Shown here one piece after another: positions 51,138 to 60,800 of a DNA stretch of 64,000 nt; the stretch's first letter is position 1; each line of letters opens with the position of its first letter. The DNA comes from an uncultured Comamonadaceae bacterium (GTDB taxonomy: Bacteria > Bacteroidota > Bacteroidia > Flavobacteriales_D > Sanyastnellaceae), in assembly GCA_964649515.1 (NCBI GenBank), contig CAZYPV010000007.1, forward strand, positions 1,248 to 65,247, read 5' to 3'. Below the pieces are notes generated by a model. It worked only from the letters and a program-made list of their open reading frames with translations. It searched no databases and was not told the origin of the DNA. The translations under genes and the position numbers were made by a program.

Positions 51138-51533
51138 TTAGTTGGAGCCGTTTCTAAATGCCTTGCAGGAACTTAGAAAGGTTTCAGCGGTGTAATCTGG
51201 AAGATGTGTGCTGTTGCTCTTCCCTGTTTTTTCGAAGATTAAAGCTTTGATGCTCGCGATGGATGCCTCAATACTCTGGGTAGTTCCTTCTGCAAGTGTA
51301 AACTCCATTAGTCCAACAGGAACACAGGCTTGGGTAAGGTCAAAGCCGTTTTCGAGTCTGCATGCCTTCACAAGCGCGGCATAATCATCAGTGTTCAGAC
51401 CATCCAAGTTGATGTAGATTTTGTTTGAAATACTGATGTCTTGGGCTTGTTGTTTGGTTTGAAGCCCAACGAGAGCTAAGAAAAGGAACAGAAACCCGAA
51501 CCAAGAAATGGAGCGTTTAGTTGTTGTTTGCAT
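51138..51533 (-). CDS. small secreted hypothetical protein
   Basis: Start at ATG 51533 (MQTTTKRSISWFGFLFLFLALVG), which gives a signal peptide. The mature part is about 100 aa with 3 Cys. It lies 31 nt upstream of the giant gene. Confidence 0.5.
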   Translation of the reverse strand: MQTTTKRSISWFGFLFLFLALVGLQTKQQAQDISISNKIYINLDGLNTDDYAALVKACRLENGFDLTQACVPVGLMEFTLAEGTTQSIEASIASIKALIFEKTGKSNSTHLPDYTAETFLSSCKAFRNGSN

Positions 51534-51623
51534 ATCTGGGCAATTTTGGAAAAGGGTGTAATTATTTAGCAAAGATGCTAAAAAGTATGATAGTTTTTGG
51601 GCTATTCCAAGGAATATGTGTTG

Positions 51624-52367
51624 TTATTCTTGATGGATTAGACCTTGCCGCTCAACTTCATACATGGCAATTGCACCACTTGCCGCAACATTTAAGCTCT
51701 GCACGCTGCCAGACATCGGGATGCGAACCAATTCGTCTGCCTTGGTAAGACTAGCGCGCGACAAGCCCGTTTCTTCATTGCCGAGAACAATGCACACGGC
51801 ACCTTTCAAGGAGGTTTCATGTATGAGTTGTTGCGCTTTTTCGGTACACGCTACTACTTTAATACCATAGCTTTGAAGGTATTCTATGCTTTGTCCAACG
51901 TGATCTGTGCGGCAAACAGGCAAGCGTAAAAGTGCCCCCGAACTGCTTTTAATCGCATCTGCATTGATGGGCGCCATTCCTTTCGTGGGAATCACTACGG
52001 TGTGAAAGCCCAAGCATTCGGCACTTCTCACAACAGCACCAAAATTCCTTACGTCGGTAATGCCGTCGAGCAAAAGAATTTTTGGCGCAATGGCAGATTC
52101 GTACAATTGACCAACAAATACATCAAGCACTTCAAAGGTGATGGGAGAAAGAAAGGCAATGACTCCTTGGTGGTTTTTCTTGGTGATGCGAGAAAGCTTT
52201 TGTTCTGGAACTGCAGAACAGGGAATACCGAGTTCTTTCGCTTCCCGAATGGCAGCGATGATTTCTGGATTTTTTAGCCCTTTGAGATAAAGGATGCGTT
52301 GGATTTCACGTTCCTTGTCGAGCGCTTCCCGCAAAGGATGATGTCCAATGATGTAATCTTTTTCCAT
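51624..52367 (-). CDS. rlmB: 23S rRNA (guanosine-2'-O)-methyltransferase RlmB-like (SpoU/TrmH family)
   Basis: 247 aa with the SPOUT knot motifs LGNEETGL and IPMSGSVQSLNVA. Confidence 0.8.
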   Translation of the reverse strand: MEKDYIIGHHPLREALDKEREIQRILYLKGLKNPEIIAAIREAKELGIPCSAVPEQKLSRITKKNHQGVIAFLSPITFEVLDVFVGQLYESAIAPKILLLDGITDVRNFGAVVRSAECLGFHTVVIPTKGMAPINADAIKSSSGALLRLPVCRTDHVGQSIEYLQSYGIKVVACTEKAQQLIHETSLKGAVCIVLGNEETGLSRASLTKADELVRIPMSGSVQSLNVAASGAIAMYEVERQGLIHQE

Positions 52368-52373
52368 GCTTTT

Positions 52374-53654
52374 TTATTCCGAGAACACTCTTCCTCTGCG
52401 CCAATTGGCAACGGCTTGGTCCCAACCGGGTTTGTACAGAGAACTCCGATCCAATATGTAAACGTTGTTGCTGTAAGGGTGTCGGGTTCTTTTAAAGGTG
52501 AAGGTGAGCGCACTGATGTTACTATCTTCTCCATATACCCAAACTTCTTTTCCGGGTTCAAGGAGGATTTTGTTAGGGTTACCAAAAACGATATGTACTA
52601 AGCCTCGATCGCTTTTCCATCCTTCACTAATGCTCGAAAAATACAGGTTGGCTTCCCTCACTCTTCGGTAGTAGGTTTTGATGAGCTCCCTTGCTTTTTC
52701 TTTCGATCCAGCGGTTTCAATCCAAAACTCGTCCAAAGCTTTTTTGGGGTAGGAGCTGGTAGTGATTTTTTTAAACTCACTGCGCGACGTTATGTAACGC
52801 ATGCTTTCAATCAACTGGTTCAGATCGCGAACTTCCGGGTAGTCTCCAGGTCGTCCAAACAAAGCAAAGGAATATGCCCCGCTTTCATCGCGAATAACGT
52901 TTAGTGCGGTGTCCAACTGAAAACTGTAAAACGCCCCAATGGGCTGAAGAACAGAGCTTTCTCCCAACTCCACGTCAAGCTTGGGTTCGCTGTAAGAATA
53001 GGGGGGAGGAGGTAAGGGTAAGCTTTCTAGGGCCTTTGAATGATAGAGCGGTTCAGGAGAGAGCCGGTCTGAACTCATGAGCAAAGGTCTTCCGATGGAA
53101 GCGTCATTTCCAAAAATGGGCGCGAGACTTTCCTCATCGATAATGAGCATGTTCTCCCTAATCATCCCAGGTGTTTTGCGCACGTCCAGTTTGAGATTGG
53201 CGTTGGATCGTCTGCTCAGATCACGCACATTCACCCGAAAGGTGTATTCCGAACCATCTGCCAATGAAAAGCGGTGTTTCCCAATGATTTCACGAACTTC
53301 CTGATCGGGGTTAATGTCTTCATAGGTGAAAAAAAGACTGTCCACTTCACCGGTGCTTTTCTCTTGAATTTCCAAAAAGAACTTCAGTTTGGCAGAGAAT
53401 TCTTCGTTCGGCTGAGCTCTGGTGTAGAGCAACTCGTCACTGAACAGTTTGAAGTACAATGTACTGCTATCCGCACTTTGATGATAAACCATGATGGAGG
53501 GGTGCAAGATCTTAGCTTCCCAATCATAGAGGTTCCTTTCTTGATCTGCCCGAAGTGCTGCGCTGCTTCCGCAAGAGCTCAAAAAGGCAAATGCCATCAC
53601 CGCCCAAAGAAAAAGAACGGGAATACGTACGGAAGAAAAACATCGGAGGCTCAT
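52374..53654 (-). CDS. GWxTD domain-containing lipoprotein
   Basis: Start at ATG 53654 (MSLRCF...FAFLSSCGSS lipobox). The C-terminus has EGWKSDRGLVHIVFGNPNK, a GWxTD-type motif. The longer track ORF would overlap the upstream gene. Confidence 0.7.
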   Translation of the reverse strand: MSLRCFSSVRIPVLFLWAVMAFAFLSSCGSSAALRADQERNLYDWEAKILHPSIMVYHQSADSSTLYFKLFSDELLYTRAQPNEEFSAKLKFFLEIQEKSTGEVDSLFFTYEDINPDQEVREIIGKHRFSLADGSEYTFRVNVRDLSRRSNANLKLDVRKTPGMIRENMLIIDEESLAPIFGNDASIGRPLLMSSDRLSPEPLYHSKALESLPLPPPPYSYSEPKLDVELGESSVLQPIGAFYSFQLDTALNVIRDESGAYSFALFGRPGDYPEVRDLNQLIESMRYITSRSEFKKITTSSYPKKALDEFWIETAGSKEKARELIKTYYRRVREANLYFSSISEGWKSDRGLVHIVFGNPNKILLEPGKEVWVYGEDSNISALTFTFKRTRHPYSNNVYILDRSSLYKPGWDQAVANWRRGRVFSE

Positions 53655-53679
53655 AGCGGCTAAATTACGACTTATACAC

Positions 53680-55335
53680 CTAAAATAGGTTGACAAAACC
53701 AAAGTGAATTTTTGCTTCACGAAGGAGAATGGCTTGGTTGAATTGACTGCCCAATGCATATACCAAACTGAATACACCGTTTTTTGTTCCGAAGTTCACT
53801 CCTGCACCAAATCCATAAGGTCGGTCGTCTGGAATGAATTCATCACCATCGGTCCACCCCTGATCGAAAAACAAGAATGCTCCAGAGTTGGTGTCCAAGC
53901 GATACTTTAAATGCAAACTAGCAATGGCATAGGCCGGAGTGAAAATGCCTTCTTCGTTGAATCCTCGTAAAGAATTTAATCCGCCAATGCGAAAGAATTC
54001 ATTGGTCAACAAGCGTTCATCCCATTTCTTTTCGCCAATCAGTCGGCCGCCAATTCCTAAATTCCCAAAGATGCTTTTGTGCCACTTCAGTTCAATTTTT
54101 GTGGCAATTTGAGTGCTTTCGATGCTCTGAGCTTCCTGAAATTCGTCAAAGGTTTTTCGCGTTTTGATTCCTGCACTTCCTTCTACTTCGAGCTCAATTC
54201 CGTTCAAGGGATTGAGTCGATGATCCAACTCAATGAATTTGCTCCTCAAACCATAACGTGTGATGCTGATGTCTTCAACCCCAATGGTGTTTCCGAGTTG
54301 ATTGGAGTTCCAGCGTTCAACAAATCCACCAATTTCTTTTTCAAATCCGCCCAGCAGAATCACTTCCCCTCGCAATCGGGTGGTGCTGAAGGTGGAGTCT
54401 CTGCGGTAAATTTCCAATTCTCCTCCCAAGCCAAGAGAGGTTTGTGCCAAGTAGGGAAATTGAAGCCCGATGTCCAACTCCTGAACTTCCGATTGCATGC
54501 GTCTCCACTGGAATTGAAGTCGCTCCCCCTGCTGAAGGGTGTTTTGAAGGTCAAGGTTGATGTCCCCAGTGATAATGGTTCCCTCGGTGCTGGGGTCTGG
54601 CTGGAAACCGATCATTCCGTCAAAACGATTCGCGGCATTTTTTTCAACGAAAAGATAGACCTTAGCTCCTTTTTCACTGAAGGTGATTTGAGGTGATTGG
54701 GTGCTTTTCAGGTAAGGGATTTTGTTGATGCGATCGGGAATGAGCTTGAGCTGCCGTTCGTTGTACGGGTCACCCTGCTGAAGCAATAGGAGCTTTTCGA
54801 CAAGTGCAGCTCGAATGCCCGTTTTTGATTTGATGATGAGGCTGTCAATGACTACTCTCGGACCCCGATTCAGTTGAAGTTCCAATGCTATTCCCTTCGG
54901 ACTCATTTTTGGTTGAAATGCACATCGAGCAAAAGGATAACCTCGGTTTTCTTGAGTCTGGAGAAAGCGCTCTGCAATTTCCGCGATCACTTCATAAGGC
55001 AGGGCATTTTCTCGAAGCGTTTTGATTTCTTTCCGATCAAATTCACTCAAGGCAAACAGACTGTCGAGATTGAGGATGGAGCTGAATTCGTGTTTTTCAC
55101 TCAAATAACTGGACCAATGTGCACTGTCTACTTCTTGGATGAACGAGGCGAGGTGACCATCCAATAAGGCTTGCCGATGCCACGCACGTGCGGTGGAGTC
55201 GCGCTGAGCCCTTTGCTGAAAAACCAAGCAAGAATCCCCAGCATGGCTCAAACAGAATTCCCATTGCGCTTCAACTTGGAGGTGTTGAAATAGCAAAAAG
55301 AAAAAACAAAAAAGGGGTAATGACAATCTTCCCAT
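53680..55335 (-). CDS. Omp85/BamA-family outer-membrane protein (short, POTRA-containing)
   Basis: The track ORF starts at GTG 55395. ATG 55335 gives the signal peptide MGRLSLPLFCFFFLLFQHLQVEAQ. It has a POTRA-like region and a C-terminal barrel ending HFGFVNLF. Confidence 0.75.
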   Translation of the reverse strand: MGRLSLPLFCFFFLLFQHLQVEAQWEFCLSHAGDSCLVFQQRAQRDSTARAWHRQALLDGHLASFIQEVDSAHWSSYLSEKHEFSSILNLDSLFALSEFDRKEIKTLRENALPYEVIAEIAERFLQTQENRGYPFARCAFQPKMSPKGIALELQLNRGPRVVIDSLIIKSKTGIRAALVEKLLLLQQGDPYNERQLKLIPDRINKIPYLKSTQSPQITFSEKGAKVYLFVEKNAANRFDGMIGFQPDPSTEGTIITGDINLDLQNTLQQGERLQFQWRRMQSEVQELDIGLQFPYLAQTSLGLGGELEIYRRDSTFSTTRLRGEVILLGGFEKEIGGFVERWNSNQLGNTIGVEDISITRYGLRSKFIELDHRLNPLNGIELEVEGSAGIKTRKTFDEFQEAQSIESTQIATKIELKWHKSIFGNLGIGGRLIGEKKWDERLLTNEFFRIGGLNSLRGFNEEGIFTPAYAIASLHLKYRLDTNSGAFLFFDQGWTDGDEFIPDDRPYGFGAGVNFGTKNGVFSLVYALGSQFNQAILLREAKIHFGFVNLF

Positions 55336-55484
55336 CCTTGCAAAGGAACGCAATACTTCACGCATTTCGTGCGTTAAACTAAGGAGCACTTGCACCTTGT
55401 GGATAAGTCCGTGAAACTTTCACAAAGAACTCACGTTGAACAAGGAGTAAAGCTTCTCATCTTTGAGACGAAATACCCAACACT

Positions 55485-55610
55485 ATGAAAAAGTCTTTTG
55501 CCACATTTTTGCTCGTACTCGCTGGTATAGCGCTTTTGTCTTCATGCTTACCCACCAAACAGTCGTGCGCGGCGTATAACGAGGTAGAGCTCGAAGAAAA
55601 AGCTCAGTAA
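55485..55610 (+). CDS. possible 41-aa lipoprotein
   Basis: Own translation: MKKSFATFLLVLAGIALLSSCLPTKQSCAAYNEVELEEKAQ. It has a lipobox-like LLSSC. It is below the size cutoff of the ORF track. Confidence 0.35.
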   Translation: MKKSFATFLLVLAGIALLSSCLPTKQSCAAYNEVELEEKAQ

Positions 55611-56020
55611 TCGGTAAACGAGATGTTCAATTCCTGAACAATGTCTGGATGTAAACTCAATGCAACCGGACACTCTTTCGCGGCCCGAATAAGTGATTGT
55701 TGATTCTTATCGGTGTTATCTTCGCTGTGTAAGCTTACGGTTAATTTTACGCTTATGCTGCCAATGCGTCGCGGACTCCCTTGCATCGTTTTCTCGGCAA
55801 TCCCCTCCACTTTCATTCCTTTCCAACCCATTTTATTAGCGTGAATCCCCATGATGGTGATCATGCACGAGGCCAAGCTAACAGCACACAAATCGGTGGG
55901 CGAAAAAGCTTCTCCTTTTCCGTGATTATCTCGAGGAGCATCACTCTGAATCTGCGCTCCCGATCCCTCATGAATCATTTCCGTTCTTAATGAACCTGTG
56001 TAACTTAATTTGTATTTCAT
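55604..56020 (-). CDS. OsmC-family peroxiredoxin-like protein
   Basis: 138 aa with two conserved Cys contexts, SLASCMIT and AKECPV. Confidence 0.8.
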   Translation of the reverse strand: MKYKLSYTGSLRTEMIHEGSGAQIQSDAPRDNHGKGEAFSPTDLCAVSLASCMITIMGIHANKMGWKGMKVEGIAEKTMQGSPRRIGSISVKLTVSLHSEDNTDKNQQSLIRAAKECPVALSLHPDIVQELNISFTDY

Positions 56021-56058
56021 AGGAGAACTTTTGTTAGGGTCTCAGCGTTATTAATTTG

Positions 56059-56066
56059 TAACTTTG
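56059..56066 (+). promoter_or_regulatory. candidate -7 promoter box (TAACTTTG) for the hypothetical-lipA pair
   Basis: Exact TAnnTTTG 28 nt upstream of ATG 56095. A TTTG at 56030-56033 gives a long 25-nt spacer. Confidence 0.35.
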
Positions 56067-56094
56067 ATAGTAATTCCATCGAAAGTACGGATTC

Positions 56095-56871
56095 ATGAAC
56101 AGAGTATCCAAGCACATATCGTCCTTCTTTTTAATATCATCGCTGTTGTGTTGGTCTCCTAACTTTCTGCATGGGCAAAATGTAGAGGTTAACGACGATA
56201 TTAAGGTGCTCTTTTCCCATCAAGTCAGCGGAGGCTTGAATCTCCATACCGCTGGGGGAGGGGTTTTCGGACAATATGCGAAATACAAAGACGCCAGTAC
56301 CCTTCATTTAGTGAGTTTCGACATTCTTTTCATCAAGCACGAGAAAGAAATCAGAAGTTTTAACCCGGTGTATGACGACAGCAGAAGTTACGTCATTGGT
56401 AAGCAAAACAGTTTTTTCGTCTTACGTCCGTCCATCGGTAAGCAAAAGATCATTACTGGTAAACAGCGAAGAAGTGGCGTGCAAGTGGGTTACTCTTGGC
56501 ATTTCGGACCCTCACTTGGAATCGCCAAACCGGTATATTTGGAGATTGGGTACCCCAGCATTCCTTATGAGTACTTGGCGGTAGAGAAATACGATCCAAA
56601 CAAGCATTTTTCCAACAACATTTACGGGAGAGCTTCTGGCTTGAACGGTTTGGATGAGTTGAAACTTCATCCGGGTGCATTTGTTAAGTTTGCACTGAAT
56701 TTTGAGTATTCTTCGGAGAACGATCGGCTAAAAGGACTCGAGGTAGGAGCGGTTTTGGATGCTTATGCACGAAAAGTACCCATCCTAGCAGAACGATACG
56801 GTGCCAACAAACAGTTCTTCCTGAATGCTTACGTTAACTTCTTCTTTGGGAGAAAGTACATTATAAGATGA
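56095..56871 (+). CDS. hypothetical secreted / outer-membrane-like protein
   Basis: 258 aa with a signal peptide and Gly/aromatic-rich alternating segments. It has an ATGA overlap with lipA. Confidence 0.55.
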   Translation: MNRVSKHISSFFLISSLLCWSPNFLHGQNVEVNDDIKVLFSHQVSGGLNLHTAGGGVFGQYAKYKDASTLHLVSFDILFIKHEKEIRSFNPVYDDSRSYVIGKQNSFFVLRPSIGKQKIITGKQRRSGVQVGYSWHFGPSLGIAKPVYLEIGYPSIPYEYLAVEKYDPNKHFSNNIYGRASGLNGLDELKLHPGAFVKFALNFEYSSENDRLKGLEVGAVLDAYARKVPILAERYGANKQFFLNAYVNFFFGRKYIIR

Positions 56872-57734
56872 CAGATCAAATCGCTTCAACAAAACGAACT
56901 CCAAAGCCAAAGTGGTTGAGGGTGAAATTGCCTACTGGTGAGAATTACAAGAAGGTGCGTGAACTTGTGTCTGAACACAAACTACACACCATTTGTGAAA
57001 GCGGGAATTGTCCCAATATGGGCGAATGCTGGGGAGAAGGAACGGCCACGTTCATGATTCTGGGGAACATTTGTACCCGCTCTTGTGGGTTCTGTGCGGT
57101 AGTAACCGGGCGTCCGGATGCCGTTGATCCTTTCGAGCCAGCACGCGTTGCACGTTCTGTTGAGTTGATGAAGGTGAAGCATGCCGTAATCACGTCGGTG
57201 GATCGAGATGACCTTCCCGATGGAGGTTCCGAAATTTGGGTGAAAACCGTCAAGGCCATTCGAAGAAAAAGCCCGGGAACAACCCTGGAAACCCTCATTC
57301 CAGACTTCGCAGGAAAGTGGGAGAACCTACAAAACATCATTAATGTTGGTCCGGAAATCGTTAGCCACAATTTGGAAACAGTGCGCAGGTTGACCAAACA
57401 AGTGAGAATTCAGGCGAAGTACGATCGCAGCCTCGAGGTTTTGAAGCGATTGAAAGACGGTGGAATGAAAACCAAATCTGGGGTCATGCTCGGATTGGGA
57501 GAAACGGTGGAAGAGGTTTACGAAACCATGGAAGATCTTCGAAGTGTAGGGTGTGACGTGCTAACGCTCGGACAATACCTTCAACCAACACCAAAGCACC
57601 TCCCCGTCGCTGAGTTTGTTCATCCCGAACAATTTGAAGAATATCGGGTTAAAGGATTGGAAATGGGTTTCAGATTTGTGGAAAGCGGCCCACTCGTCAG
57701 AAGTTCATACCACGCGGAGAAACACGTGTTCTAG
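56868..57734 (+). CDS. lipA: lipoyl synthase
   Basis: 288 aa with the auxiliary cluster motif [12 protein letters not shown] and the radical-SAM motif CTRSCGFC. Confidence 0.96.
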   Translation: MTDQIASTKRTPKPKWLRVKLPTGENYKKVRELVSEHKLHTICESGNCPNMGECWGEGTATFMILGNICTRSCGFCAVVTGRPDAVDPFEPARVARSVELMKVKHAVITSVDRDDLPDGGSEIWVKTVKAIRRKSPGTTLETLIPDFAGKWENLQNIINVGPEIVSHNLETVRRLTKQVRIQAKYDRSLEVLKRLKDGGMKTKSGVMLGLGETVEEVYETMEDLRSVGCDVLTLGQYLQPTPKHLPVAEFVHPEQFEEYRVKGLEMGFRFVESGPLVRSSYHAEKHVF

Positions 57735-57845
57735 AAATCCACTGACTTGTATATTTATTGCAAGTACTTGAAGACTTTCCTTTTTTAATAGAAGGAGAAT
57801 GTTGTAAATTGCCGCACGTTTGTTTTGGGCTATTAATAAAGAATT

Positions 57846-60800
57846 ATGAGAATCAGAGCTTTACTCTTTTCTACAGGAGCGGTTGCCATCGCAGCCACCC
57901 TCACTTTCCTCTCAATGCAAGAGGATTCCTCTTCGTACATCCCGAGAGATGACCAAGAAATCGCAGCCTCCCCTGATGGAGCAGCTGAGGTTTGGAGACG
58001 ACTTCGTGCGGACAATGAAACCGGCGTTGTGAATGAATCAGATTATGCACGTCTGCGTAAGGCGGCAATCAAGCGTCAAGGAGCTTCACAGAAATCTGCA
58101 CCAAGCATGCAATGGGCAGAAATGGGTCCTGACAATATTGGTGGACGAGGTAGAGCTTTGTACATCGTTAACGATAACGAAATTTGGACCGGCGGTGTTT
58201 CTGGTGGTCTTTGGGTTTCCTATAATGGGGCCGACTCGTGGCAGCAAATCACCTCTTTCCCGAATTGCATGGTGACTTCGATTACCCGTAACAACAACGG
58301 TCGTTGGTATGTGGGTACCGGTTCTCAATTTGACGGAGCAGGTGGTTCTGGAGGTTCTGGGTTCCGAGGTAGAGGAGTTTACACTTCAACCGATGGAATG
58401 AACTGGGAAATTATCGAAGATACCGACCCAGGATTGTTGGGTGGTGGAGACTGGACTGCAGTTGAAGCCCTAGAGCCAGACCCATTCAACGGAGAGCGTG
58501 TGTGGTTCGCAGGTAACGCAGGTTATGGATACATCGATGGAACACAAGTGTTCGAAGGTGTAGCCAGCGGAGTGCCAAACAGCAATGCACAAGATATCGA
58601 AATTGCAGCAGATGGTTCATACATGCTACTCGTGATGGATGGTGGCCGTGTGTGGAGATCTACCGACAATACTTACCTCGACTTTGTACAATTGTTTGCG
58701 CCCAACGACCCAGGTTACCTTCCACAAAGTGGAATCGGTAGAGCGCGTGTTGCGATTTCTTCTGATGATGTGAACCAAGCTTATGTACTCTATTCAACAG
58801 GAAGCGGATTCTTTGGTGGAGTTTACCATTCAGCTAACGCCGGAGGAGAAGGCTCATGGTCCAATATTTGGCCTTCAAACGTGAATGGGCAAACGCCGCT
58901 ACCACGAGGACAAGGTATTTATGACCTCGCACTTGACATTAAGAAAGGTGATCCAAGCATTTGCTACGTTGGTGGTATCGAGCTTTGGAGAAGCGGGCCG
59001 AATTACCAAGCAGAATTGGCGGCATTCGCAATTGATTTCCCAGGTTCAACGAATGCGGTTCACGCAGATGTTCATGAAATTCGCTTTGCCGAGAATGGGG
59101 ATATGTACATCATGACCGATGGTGGTGTGTACAAATCAACCGATGGTGGAGACACCTACACAGCGATGAACAGAGGCTTGAACATTACTCAGTTTTACGG
59201 AATCGCTTATACACCAGGTACGGGTGTCCTTGGTGGAACTCAAGACAATGGTTCACTTCTCATTCCAGCCGATGGTTCAATGACGACAGACCAAGAAGCC
59301 TTCGAAGTATTTGGAGGTGATGGTTTCGATTGCGCGGTTTCACAACTTACTGAGTCCCCAATGGGCGCTGCTTTTGTGATGTCGCAGTATGGTAACCTAG
59401 GAAGATTCACCGACGATGGTTCAGGTGGGGCTTTTTACGATGATGAAATCATTGCCTTACAAGACGCAGACGGAGAAATTGGACAGTTTTATTCTGTTTG
59501 TCAATTGCACGAAGATTTTAGTGATGATAACTCGCAACAGTTCGTCATCTTGGTGAACCCTTACGAAGAAACGGTAACCGATTCTACCTTCAACTTGAAC
59601 ACCTTGAACATGAACATGCCGTTCGAGTACACGCTAGAACCAGGTCAAGAATTGCGCTATTGGGATCAATTGATTCGTCCAGAGTTGACTTTGGATGAAC
59701 CGTTGACAGAAGATCCAAACTACTTCTGGCTCGATCCACAAGAACTTACCGCAGAGCAAATCATTTGCGATGTTGACTCTATGGAAGTTGGTACTGAAAT
59801 GGTTATCACAAACATCGAACCGATTGATTCATGCACGACATTCTTGGATGAAATCATTTGTGTGACGATTGGATATGATACCACTTTTGCTGAGGTACCG
59901 GTTTATGAATTCACGGAAACATGTGACACTTCATACTTCTATGCCGCAGATACTTTATTCGATGTTCGTGAGCGTCTCCTAGTTCAAGACCCTTACACTT
60001 CGTTGTTCGCTGTTGGTTTCATTGGAAGCCAAGGGGTGTGGATCACTCGTGAGGCCATGAACTTCAACACTACTCCAGACTGGCACCGTGTAATGAATGC
60101 TCCAGGTAGTGGTGGTACCAAAGCCATCGAATTCTCTGCAGATGGAAACTACATGTGGGTTTCTGGTTGGGACGGTTCACTTACAAGAGTGGGTAACCTC
60201 CAACAATTCTGGGGTGAGGAAGATCTTGATGTTCTTGAAATTGATGAGGTGGTTCAAAATGCCGGTGGAGTAGTAACTGGTGTTGCTATCGATCCAAATG
60301 ATCCAGATCACGTAGTTTATACTGTGGGTGGATACGGAAACACAGGTGGAGGAAAAGTAAGAGAGTCCTTCAACGCAACCAGTCAAAGCGCGATTTTCAC
60401 CAACCGTTGGCTACCAAACAGTGACGAGCTTTCTTCAATGCCGGTGTACGATGTCGTCATCAACGTAAACAACCCAGATGAGTTGATCATTGGTACCGAG
60501 TTCGGTGTGATGACCAGCGATGATGGAAACGACTGGGAGTTTGTAAATGCAGGAATGGCCCCATTGGCAGACGCACTTGCTTGTCCAGTAATGTCTGTAG
60601 AGCAACAGTGGAGACAAGATGATACTTACTCATTCCCTACCAACAAAGGAGTAGTATATGCAGGTTCTCACGGACGTGGAATCTTCAAGTCAGACAACTT
60701 GGTGAGCGTTGCCGAAAACTTTAGTGAAGAGGTAGAAAAAGAGTTGTTTACAGTGTATCCTAACCCAGTAACTGGCGGACAAGTAAACGTGAACATTGAA

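Noticed and set aside
53655-53777. Longer start for the GWxTD ORF
   Set aside because: It would overlap the upstream Omp85-like gene by about 100 nt. The internal ATG at 53654 yields a proper lipoprotein signal peptide.
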